Shown here piece by piece: positions 17,511-25,554 of a DNA stretch of 64,000 nucleotides. This DNA is from an uncultured delta proteobacterium (GTDB lineage: Bacteria > Desulfobacterota > Binatia > UBA9968): contig CAVWLW010000074.1 in assembly GCA_963755715.1 (NCBI GenBank), positions 32,001-96,000 of the forward strand. The letters are read 5' to 3'. The first letter of the stretch is position 1. Every line of letters begins with the position of its first letter. The position numbers and the translations under genes were made by a program. The notes beneath the pieces were generated by a model that worked only from the letters and a program-made list of their open reading frames with translations, made no database searches and was not told where the DNA came from.

Positions 17511-18533
17511 TTACTTAGAAGGTTTGGATTTCTGATACTTGCGGTAATCGTAGCCAGTGGCCATGGCCAATAAAATGTCTTCCATCCCGCCGCTCTTTTC
17601 GCGTCTCAAAATCAATAAACGATCATAAAATTCTTTGAAGTCTTTATGGACGCGCTGGCTGTCCTCGGCAGCGCGAAGATAGAAATCTTTAAGCCGGGTC
17701 ACCGTAAAGCGCAGAGCCGAGAAGCGCAACTCGTTCGGAAATGAGTCCCATTCGGGCAGGGAAAGAGGGCGCAAGCTCTCGTAGCCCGAGATCAAGGCTT
17801 CGAACCGTTCGATGCGATAGCGATCCTCGATAAAGCAGAGGGCGTTGACGGCCGTCGCTAAATCGTAGATGAGCTTGCCACGGCAAGCCGCCTCGAAATC
17901 CATCACGCCGGTGAGCCGGTTCCCTTTGAACTTGACGTTGTCGGGAAATAGATCGCCGTGAATGATTCCTTTGGGAAGATTGTTATCGAGATAATTTTCT
18001 AGATAGGAAAACTCGTCGTCTAAAACCCGTACGATACTTTTTAGGTGTGACGGCATCTGCCGCCGCACATCTCGATAGATCGCGACGATGCGGTTGAACC
18101 CGAAGCGGTTGTCGATGCCTTTTTTGTAACTTCGGCCGATCAAATGCAGATTGGCAAGAGCATGTCCTAGCGTGCTCAAGTGTGTCGCATTCATGGCCTC
18201 GACGGGTAATTCAACGCCGTCGAGATGACGCGTTACGGTTACGCATTTTTCCTGAAATTCCAGATGATACCTACCGCTTTTGGTCTTAAGAGGTTGCAGG
18301 CAGGGAAAATTTTGTTTGCGAAGATGGAGCAGCAGGTCGAGCTCTTGTTTGACTTCGAGCTCGCTTTTGACTTCGTCGACCTTGGCAAAAAATTTTGCGC
18401 GCTTTGTTTCGATCAGATAATGGGTGTTTACCGACCCGGTACGTATGCCGCTAAAAGATACCAGGTCGCCGAGCGCAAACTCATCCACCAGTTTGGCAAT
18501 GTCCTTTTTTGATAGTGTCGTATAAATCGCCAT
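17511..18533 (-). CDS. thrB: Homoserine kinase, type II (APH/choline kinase fold)
   Basis: MAIYTTL start, GSVNTHY, LPKGIIHGDLFPDNV, MDFEAAC, ALRF..RL.DFY. Confidence 0.85.
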   Translation of the reverse strand: MAIYTTLSKKDIAKLVDEFALGDLVSFSGIRTGSVNTHYLIETKRAKFFAKVDEVKSELEVKQELDLLLHLRKQNFPCLQPLKTKSGRYHLEFQEKCVTVTRHLDGVELPVEAMNATHLSTLGHALANLHLIGRSYKKGIDNRFGFNRIVAIYRDVRRQMPSHLKSIVRVLDDEFSYLENYLDNNLPKGIIHGDLFPDNVKFKGNRLTGVMDFEAACRGKLIYDLATAVNALCFIEDRYRIERFEALISGYESLRPLSLPEWDSFPNELRFSALRFTVTRLKDFYLRAAEDSQRVHKDFKEFYDRLLILRREKSGGMEDILLAMATGYDYRKYQKSKPSK

Positions 18534-18617
18534 TCAACTGCTTTCTCTCATTCGAGCATTCCTGGAATCCTGAGATGCAGGCCGGCGCAGTCAAAAGAGC
18601 GCAGGCTAACTGCTCTA

Positions 18618-18646
18618 TTTATAATGGAAAAATGGTCAAAGGTCAA
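18618..18646 (-). promoter_or_regulatory. Sigma70-type promoter for thrB
   Basis: TTGACC-N17-TATAAA on the minus strand. Confidence 0.55.
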
Positions 18647-18713
18647 TAATGCTAGTTTTTTGTTTAGTTTTAACAGTAGCTTGGGATGTAAAAGACATCC
18701 TCCACATTGCTTA

Positions 18714-18738
18714 TTTTGCGCGCACTTTGCGCGCAAAA
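18714..18738. repeat. Perfect 11-bp inverted repeat
   Basis: TTTTGCGCGCA-CTT-TGCGCGCAAAA. Confidence 0.7.
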
Positions 18739-19240
18739 CTAACTTAATCACCCTTTAATCAGCGTGACCAATGTTATCTTCCCGATATGAATCACGGCAA
18801 TGAAACTGAGAGAATTTTAGCAGGAATCGACTCGCATCAAACTCAGACAACATGAGGACCCGCGACGGGTTAGGCTATCTGGGGCATCGGCTAAATCGAT
18901 ATTCGTTGAATAAAAAAGACCCTAGATCTTTGGTCCAGAGATTCTGGTTCTGATAGGAAAGGGGCCGCGGATAGAAGCGATTTGGCCGATTTCATTCACA
19001 TAGATCCAATATGGCCCCAAAAGGCAGTCTATGACAGGCGATATCCAAATTTTTTTCTTGACAATTGTGCTCAGCTTTTCCTAATCTCGCCCCGAAAATT
19101 TAGGATTCTCTTTATTTATTCGAAGCTCACCTAAGCGTCAGAGGTGACACCGCCTTGCGCCAGTGCTGCGAGTGAAGAAGAGATGTACGGCATGGCTCCG
19201 TGGTATAACGCGCCGCTAACATCGCGCGCGAGGAGGTTTC

Positions 19241-19441
19241 ATGGCTTCGGGCAAGGTCAAATGGTTTAATAACGCAAAGGGTTACGGTTTCATCGAAAAA
19301 GAAGGCGGCGGCGATGTGTTCGTCCATTATAGTGCGATTCAAGGGGAGGGATTTAAATCCCTCAACGAAGGCGAGAGTGTCGATTTTGAAATCGCCCAAG
19401 GCGATAAGGGACCGCAAGCGGTTAACGTCGTGAAACGGTAA
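19241..19441 (+). CDS. cspA: Cold-shock protein
   Basis: KVKWFN, KGYGFI (RNP1), VFVHY (RNP2); AGGAGG RBS. Confidence 0.96.
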   Translation: MASGKVKWFNNAKGYGFIEKEGGGDVFVHYSAIQGEGFKSLNEGESVDFEIAQGDKGPQAVNVVKR

Positions 19442-19700
19442 GTTGCCATAGAGCGGCCGGTGTGGCAAATAGCTCCGCGAAGTCGCTTTGACTTTTGCTG
19501 CTGCGGCTTTGCTATCCTTCCCATCTAATCAAGAGCATAATCGCTTGTGCGCTGCCTTAGAATCGCGTCGAGCGGTATAGCGATCTGGCTTCTTGCGCGT
19601 TCGAACGAATGCGGATTTGTTTATTCGACACAAAAAGAGTAATTTTCTGGTAGAGTAAGAGAGCGGTCAGATCGTCACCAAACGGTCAGCGGCTTTACGA

Positions 19701-20210
19701 ATGCAGCAAAATAATTCCGAAATTAAGTCCCATTATGGACAAGACAAGCTGCTCGCCGAAACGGTTGTTCTGACCCGTTTGGATAAGGCGGTGGGCTGGG
19801 CGCGCAAGTATTCCCTTTTTCCTTATCCCTTTGCTACCGCCTGCTGCGCAATGGAATACATGTCCCTGTCGATGTCGCCGTACGATATCGATCGCTTCGG
19901 TGCGCTGCTGCCGCGCTTCAGTCCGCGTCAAGCGGATTTACTTATGGTTATCGGGACCGTAACCCACAAGCTTTCACCCGTTTTAAAGCGAGTTTATGAG
20001 CAGATGTCCGAGCCCAAGTGGGTGATGGCTTTTGGCGCCTGTGCCGCCAGCGGTGGATTTTACGACAACTATGCGACAGTGCAGGGCATCGACCGGATCA
20101 TCCCAGTCGACGTTTACGTGCCGGGCTGTCCGCCGCGGCCGGAAGCCGTGCTCGACGGCCTGATGGAGTTGCAAAGCCGCATTGCTTCTCAGAAACAGCC
20201 GATCGGCTAG
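19701..20210 (+). CDS. nuoB: NADH-quinone oxidoreductase subunit B (orphan)
   Basis: TACCAME, FSPRQADL, EPKWVMAFGACA.SGG, PVDVYVPGCPPRPE. Confidence 0.92.
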   Translation: MQQNNSEIKSHYGQDKLLAETVVLTRLDKAVGWARKYSLFPYPFATACCAMEYMSLSMSPYDIDRFGALLPRFSPRQADLLMVIGTVTHKLSPVLKRVYEQMSEPKWVMAFGACAASGGFYDNYATVQGIDRIIPVDVYVPGCPPRPEAVLDGLMELQSRIASQKQPIG

Positions 20211-20314
20211 GTTCCCGCGCGTCTTCTGCATGTCGCTTCGATTGAAACGGAAGTCTTCCGCGCAGTGGATGAGGGACAGGAAAGTTTTCAATTTCCGTTA
20301 GCGCGGTTCTAAGC

Positions 20315-20623
20315 ATGGCTGAAGACAAAGATCCCTTGAAGTCTGCGCGCGGCGATTTTTATCATCAAGGCATTATCACTAAACTGTTTCCCTCGAACAA
20401 TACTGGCGTCGTGCGCACTGAAAATGGCCGCGAGCTAACTTTTTCCTACGAATTGGTGATACTCGTTGGCGAAGCCAAGTCGCCGCTCGATTTACATGTC
20501 GGTGAGGGAGTGGGCTATGACTTGGGATGGACCTCGGCGGGTCTACGAATCACCAAGATCAAGACTTATCCCAAATCCGATGTCGATGGCAGCGTGCCCG
20601 GTTCAGAAGGGCAACCCGGTTAA
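20315..20623 (+). CDS. Hypothetical protein, possible divergent cold-shock/OB-fold domain
   Basis: GIITKL..TGVVRTENGRELTFSY...LHVGEGVGYDL..G.RITKI parallels cold-shock domain strand spacing. Confidence 0.55.
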   Translation: MAEDKDPLKSARGDFYHQGIITKLFPSNNTGVVRTENGRELTFSYELVILVGEAKSPLDLHVGEGVGYDLGWTSAGLRITKIKTYPKSDVDGSVPGSEGQPG

Positions 20624-21433
20624 CGCAAGAATCTGCCGGCCTAAAATCTCGCCGACGAAAACTCCCAAGAGCGCCATATAAAATAATCCGGTGGCGGCCA
20701 TGGTGTGCGGTATCAGCAGGGTGCGCCAAATCATCCAAGCTAGAATCAGCGGCGCGGCCTGGCCGACCACGAGCCTTGTTGTCAGCAGCATCGAATGATC
20801 CTGCCATAAATGCTGCATTGCAAATAAACTTTGTGGTGCGCCGAAAAGATAGAGTGCGAGGGGCGAACTCGCCAAGAACGCGCATTGCGCGATCAGCGCC
20901 ACCAGAAAGAATTTAAAAATACGAATAAAAGGATCGAGGCTTTGTCCGGTGTCGATGAGATACCAATGGCCGATCAACATGCCGACCGTAACGCCGCCGA
21001 GTAGAAGAGAGGAGAGGAAAAAAGCGGCTGGGTAGAGAACCGATTCGACCGAAAAAAAAGGCGCCTGGTAAAAACCATGCGCGCTCAGCGCCAAGCCTGC
21101 GGCGCCGATCAGCACGGTCGACGCAAAGCTCCGCGCGCGAAACGTTTGCCTTTCAATCCACAGGGAGATCATGTAGCAGGAAAAACAAACGATGAAAGCG
21201 ACGTGGAAAATAACTTCGAGAGCGATGCCCACACTAAACTGCCGCGATAAGGTTTGCCAGTAGAGCGAGCTCTTACCCGACAAACCGAGCAGCGCAATCA
21301 CGTAGAGAACGCCTGCCGTCGACTTGTAAAAAGCCCGTTCGATCTCATGAAACGGCGTGCCTGCCAGGGCAAAAAGGCCGCCCAAAGCGATCTGATAAAA
21401 GAAAATTAGAAAACTGCTGGAGAATCCTTGCAT
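20603..21433 (-). CDS. Polytopic membrane protein (about 8 TM) with GHWYL and HTMAATG motifs
   Basis: 276 aa, strongly hydrophobic; starts 10 nt after the menG-like gene. Confidence 0.75.
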   Translation of the reverse strand: MQGFSSSFLIFFYQIALGGLFALAGTPFHEIERAFYKSTAGVLYVIALLGLSGKSSLYWQTLSRQFSVGIALEVIFHVAFIVCFSCYMISLWIERQTFRARSFASTVLIGAAGLALSAHGFYQAPFFSVESVLYPAAFFLSSLLLGGVTVGMLIGHWYLIDTGQSLDPFIRIFKFFLVALIAQCAFLASSPLALYLFGAPQSLFAMQHLWQDHSMLLTTRLVVGQAAPLILAWMIWRTLLIPHTMAATGLFYMALLGVFVGEILGRQILALTGLPF

Positions 21434-21443
21434 GAAAGCTACA

Positions 21444-22175
21444 TTACGAGGCGGGCGCGTGCGGTTTGTCGGCGACGTGCATGCAGACGGCGCCGCTCAG
21501 AAACTTTCGTATGGTGACATGCTCGAATCCGGCGGCGCGGATGATTTCCGCGACTGTGGCCGGCGGATGAAACTGCCGTACGGAGTCGGAGAGATATTGG
21601 TAGGCGCTGCGATCCTGCGCGAGAAAGCCTCCCATGCGCGGCATTAAACAATGAAAGTAAATGGAGTAGAGAGTCGCAAACCAGCTTGGCTCGGGAGGAA
21701 ACATATCCAGAGAGACAAATCTGCCGCCGGGCTTGAGCACGCGCATCGACTCGGCGAAAAACAGCGGCAGATCGGAGACATTGCGTAGCACGAAGGCCGC
21801 CATGGCACCATCGAACTGTGCGGTTTTAAACGGCGCAAACATCGCGCTGCCCAGGACGAAGGCAGTGCTGGCGCCGTCCGCCGCGCGCGCCCGTTTGGCT
21901 TGCGCCAGATTTAACATGCGCAGCGAAAAATCCAGACCGACGAAATTTCCCTTTCCCTTGGCGATGGCCGCGGCATTCAAAGCGAGATCCCCCGTGCCCG
22001 TGCCGATGTCGAGAATGCGCGGCTGGGCGCCCCTCAGTACGGCGCGGATCGCTTGGCGCCGCCATCTGGCGTCGAGGCGAAAACTGATGATGCGGTTGAG
22101 CAGGTCATAACGGCCGGCGATCCGATCAAACATGTTTTGCACGGATCGGTCGCGTGAATGATTGACGGCGAACAT
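21444..22175 (-). CDS. menG: Demethylmenaquinone/ubiquinone methyltransferase (MenG/UbiE)
   Basis: MFDRIAGRYDLLN, LDIGTGTGDL, LRNV, RVLKPGG, AYQYLSDS. Confidence 0.9.
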   Translation of the reverse strand: MFAVNHSRDRSVQNMFDRIAGRYDLLNRIISFRLDARWRRQAIRAVLRGAQPRILDIGTGTGDLALNAAAIAKGKGNFVGLDFSLRMLNLAQAKRARAADGASTAFVLGSAMFAPFKTAQFDGAMAAFVLRNVSDLPLFFAESMRVLKPGGRFVSLDMFPPEPSWFATLYSIYFHCLMPRMGGFLAQDRSAYQYLSDSVRQFHPPATVAEIIRAAGFEHVTIRKFLSGAVCMHVADKPHAPAS

Positions 22176-22220
22176 CGGCTGAAATCTGAATGACGGAAAC
22201 CCGTGAGGAAGACCCGGGAG

Positions 22221-23348
22221 CTAGAAATCTCGATCGATGATCAGTTGGACTAGGCTTTTGAGGCCGTTGCGGTACATCGACGGTGGCAGCTTTTTTACTG
22301 CTTTCAGGGCCTCACGGGCATAGCGCTTGGAAAGCGACTTTGCTTCTTGGATGGAAGAACCGGTCTTGATCGAATCGAGGGCCGCGTTGATTTGCGCTTC
22401 GGTCGGCTTGCCGTTCTCGAATGCGCCGATGGTCGCCGGATCGCCGTCGATCACCGACAAAATGATCGGCAAAGCGGGATTGCCGTCACGCAGGTCCATG
22501 CCGATCGGCTTGCCCAACAGATCGATGTGGCCAACAACGTCGAGAATGTCGTCGACCATCTGGAAGGCAATGCCCATATTCAGGCCATAACTTTCAGCCT
22601 CGTCCACCAAGGAGGAATGCGCGCCGGCGAGGTAGGCGCCGACCTTAGCTCCGGTATGAAATAGGGAAGCGGTTTTTCGCTTGACGATCTCCAAATAATC
22701 TTCGACCGTGACGGCGCGGTTGCGATTGAAATGGCCTTGCAAGATTTCACCTTCGGTCAAGAGTGTGCAGGCGTCGGCGGTCCATTGAACCACCGTCTCG
22801 TCAAATTTGCCGGCAAACTCAAAAGCCTTGATGAAGAGAAAATCGCCCGTGACCAACGTGGACTTCAGGCCGAATTTCTTGAATGCGGATTCTTTGCCGC
22901 GCCGCGTTTCGGCGCCATCGATGATATCATCGTGCAACAACGTTGCGGTGTGAATCAGCTCGATCGCGGTGGCGATGTCGACAATATCCTGGGTGCGCTG
23001 GCCACCAAAGGCAAAATACGCCAAAAGTGTGACCATTGGTCGCACTCGCTTGCCACCGCTGTCGATCAGGTGGCTCGCGATGCGAGTCAGATCAAGCTCG
23101 CGCGACCTAACCGCGCGCACAAGGTTTTCTTCTACGAGCTGCAGCGACTCACTGACGCAACTGAACGGATCATCGGTGCCGTGAAGCAAGGGAATTCTCC
23201 GTTCGGCGCCGGGCACAACCGTCGAATCTGCTTGCAGGCTGCTCGATTTATTTTTTTGGATCAGAGATACTCCGCGCGCTGGCGAGAAATCTATGAGAAA
23301 AATGGCATAGATCACCGATTTGGTCAAGCCAAGATGAGCTCTGCGCAA
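22221..23348 (-). CDS. Long-chain polyprenyl diphosphate synthase (IspB/HepT family)
   Basis: GGKRVRP, LLHDDIID..RRG, KTASLF, FQMVDDILD. True start probably downstream of 23348. Confidence 0.92.
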   Translation of the reverse strand: MRRAHLGLTKSVIYAIFLIDFSPARGVSLIQKNKSSSLQADSTVVPGAERRIPLLHGTDDPFSCVSESLQLVEENLVRAVRSRELDLTRIASHLIDSGGKRVRPMVTLLAYFAFGGQRTQDIVDIATAIELIHTATLLHDDIIDGAETRRGKESAFKKFGLKSTLVTGDFLFIKAFEFAGKFDETVVQWTADACTLLTEGEILQGHFNRNRAVTVEDYLEIVKRKTASLFHTGAKVGAYLAGAHSSLVDEAESYGLNMGIAFQMVDDILDVVGHIDLLGKPIGMDLRDGNPALPIILSVIDGDPATIGAFENGKPTEAQINAALDSIKTGSSIQEAKSLSKRYAREALKAVKKLPPSMYRNGLKSLVQLIIDRDF

Positions 23349-23433
23349 TGGTCGCGCGACGGATCCCTCGCATCTTGACCGTCAGGCGCGACTAAATTCC
23401 TGGCAAACGAAATGGGAAATTCACTGCACGCGC

Positions 23434-23485
23434 CCATAATTATGGCGGTTTTTTCTTGACAAGAATGAGCGACCCCGAATATATA
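23434..23485 (+). promoter_or_regulatory. Palindrome CCATAATTATGG followed by a TTGACA-type promoter for the PuuD-like gene
   Basis: Perfect 12-bp palindrome at 23434-23445; TTGACA at 23456-23461; TATATA 18 nt later. Confidence 0.5.
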
Positions 23486-23553
23486 AACGCCAAACAACAT
23501 TCACGATTTGCTCGTTGGTAAAATATCCATCGAGCGCAGAAGGAGGGGAAGAC

Positions 23554-24249
23554 ATGGAGTTTACCTTATTTATGTTGCGGTGGCTGCATTTTCTGGCGGG
23601 TATTACGTGGATTGGAATTCTTTACTATTTCAATTTTGTTCAGACGCCGTTTTTTGCCGAGACAGAGGCGACGGTCCGGACGGGAGCGATTCAGAAACTC
23701 GTGCCGCGCGCTCTGTGGTGGTTTCGTTGGGGCGCGATGTTCACGTTTCTCGCGGGTATCGCGATCTACATTCTGCGCATGGGCGAGATGGGCGGGGGCC
23801 TCTTTTATTCCTCGTCTTACGGTGTGACGATCACCGTCGGCGGTTTGATAGGCACTCTGATGTTTCTCAACGTCTGGCTCGTGATTTGGCCCAACCAGCA
23901 GATCGTGATCGCGTCGGCCAATCAGGTCGCATCGGGCGGCCAAGCGTTGCCCGCTGCCGCGGGGGCCGGACGGCGCGCCGCATTGACTTCCCGCACGAAC
24001 ACTGTTTTTTCGATTCCGATGCTGCTTTACATGGGCGCCGCCAGTCACTACGCGCCGATGGTGCACCAGTCGGATTCTCGTGGATTTTTTTGGCTCTTGG
24101 TCATCGTGATCATTGGCGCAGTTGAGTGTAACGCACTGATCGGCACTCAGGGCCCGACCAAGGTTCCGCTAGACAGCGTCAAAGGCACGTTGTGGATCGG
24201 ATTCCTACTCGCGGGTATTCTTTTTCTCTTGACGCTCGGCTTGACTTAG
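23554..24249 (+). CDS. PuuD-like (urate oxidase N-terminal/DUF989-type) membrane protein without the cytochrome c domain
   Basis: LRWLHFLAGITWIG..YYFN, ALWWFRWGA, GTLMFLNVWLVIWPNQ, SRTNTVFSIPML; AGGAGG RBS. Confidence 0.78.
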   Translation: MEFTLFMLRWLHFLAGITWIGILYYFNFVQTPFFAETEATVRTGAIQKLVPRALWWFRWGAMFTFLAGIAIYILRMGEMGGGLFYSSSYGVTITVGGLIGTLMFLNVWLVIWPNQQIVIASANQVASGGQALPAAAGAGRRAALTSRTNTVFSIPMLLYMGAASHYAPMVHQSDSRGFFWLLVIVIIGAVECNALIGTQGPTKVPLDSVKGTLWIGFLLAGILFLLTLGLT

Positions 24250-24264
24250 ATGATGCATTTTTCT

Positions 24265-24606
24265 CTATTTGAGGTAGGCGGCTAAATACTGGATATCGTC
24301 TTTCAAGTAGGGAAACTGCGGCATTACTTTAGTGGGACGCTTGGGTTTGTAGTTGGGCGGATAAGAAGTGGTCAGGACCCGCGTCTCGATCAATTCTCTC
24401 GATGACCCCTTGATGGCAGGTCCGATCGGTCCATCTTTCGATGGATCGTTGTTGTGGCAAGCTACGCAGTTTGCGACGAAGACGGCTCTGCCCCTTGCTA
24501 AATCTGGATTGCTTCCGGATGCCGGTGCGTCGTTGGAGTCCTTCGAGCAGGCAACAAAGCCAGCAGCGACCAAACTGATCAACAAGAGTATCCACAATAG
24601 TTTCAT
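24265..24606 (-). CDS. Monoheme cytochrome c, probable lipoprotein
   Basis: Signal peptide ending FVAC; CVACH heme motif; distal MP ligand. Confidence 0.88.
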   Translation of the reverse strand: MKLLWILLLISLVAAGFVACSKDSNDAPASGSNPDLARGRAVFVANCVACHNNDPSKDGPIGPAIKGSSRELIETRVLTTSYPPNYKPKRPTKVMPQFPYLKDDIQYLAAYLK

Positions 24607-24855
24607 AGGGCGCTCGATTGGCAGCGTGTTCAAATACTCCGTCCGTGGACAACTTCGTAAGTGCCGCGCCTCGTTGATGCGAGCACAGGCGCATCGCGAG
24701 CTTCTCTAGAGAATCTTCACTTCCAAATAGTATGGAATGGCGCGGCATCCAGCCGAACGATCACGTGAGCACGCGATGATAGCATTGCCGCGAGGATCAG
24801 TGGAAGCAGGTTAGTCGATAGAGAAACTCGGGTTTGTATGATAGAAATCGATTGT

Positions 24856-24942
24856 TGGTGCGAAAGGGGGGAATTGAACCCCCACGGCCTTTCAGCCACA
24901 GGATCCTGAATCCTGCGCGTCTACCAATTCCGCCACTTTCGC
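24856..24942 (-). tRNA. tRNA-Leu (CAG)
   Basis: GCGAAAGTGGCGGAATTGGTAGACGCGCAGGATTCAGGATCCTG...GGTTCAATTCCCCCCTTTCGCACCA; 87 nt with long variable arm. TTGACA-N17-TAGATA upstream. Confidence 0.95.
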
Positions 24943-25027
24943 CAACTTGGTCAACATCCGTTTGTAAGCATTTTATCTAACTTGCGGTGTCGGCCTTGTC
25001 AAGTTTACAAAAACGGATGATGACTTT

Positions 25028-25507
25028 ATGAGCAAGATTTTTATTGTCCAGCCGCACAAAATGCTGCGCCACGCGTTTGCCATCGCTTTATCGCCGGATC
25101 ATGAGGTTGAGATTTCCAAAACCATGCCGGCGTCGGCGGATCTGCAAGGGAGCGATCTTGCGATCGTCGATGCCGCGTCGCTGCGCGAGCGCAGCTCATT
25201 GACGGCGCCGGAGCTTCATACGATTCAAAGCTGGAAGATTCCGATTATTTGGATTGACGACGACGTGGAAATCCAAGCGCCGACGCGGGATAAGTTGCTC
25301 CGTTTGAAAGCGCCGATCGATAAGGAGACGCTCAAAAAAACGGTGACGCAATGCTTGGGGCAATCAGATGCGAACCAACCGGCTCCCAAGACGAAAAGCC
25401 GCGCGCCAGCTGCTCTATCGAATGTCAAGCCGCCCGAGACGAAATCATCCCAGTCCGCGGTCGACGCGGAGAAGAAGTTTATCGAGTTAGTGGACATCGT
25501 CGAATAG
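25028..25507 (+). CDS. Hypothetical protein, degenerate receiver (CheY-like) domain with low-complexity tail
   Basis: KIFIVQ start, DLAIVD, IPIIWI, LKAPIDKETL resemble receiver-domain strands; tail FIELVDIVE. Confidence 0.55.
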   Translation: MSKIFIVQPHKMLRHAFAIALSPDHEVEISKTMPASADLQGSDLAIVDAASLRERSSLTAPELHTIQSWKIPIIWIDDDVEIQAPTRDKLLRLKAPIDKETLKKTVTQCLGQSDANQPAPKTKSRAPAALSNVKPPETKSSQSAVDAEKKFIELVDIVE

Positions 25508-25554
25508 CGGTCGGTTCAGACTGGAGCGGAAGAACAACAATCTACAATCCACCT

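Noticed and set aside
24634-24856. Island integrated at tRNA-Leu
   Set aside because: No duplicated tRNA-Leu 3' end or integrase seen.
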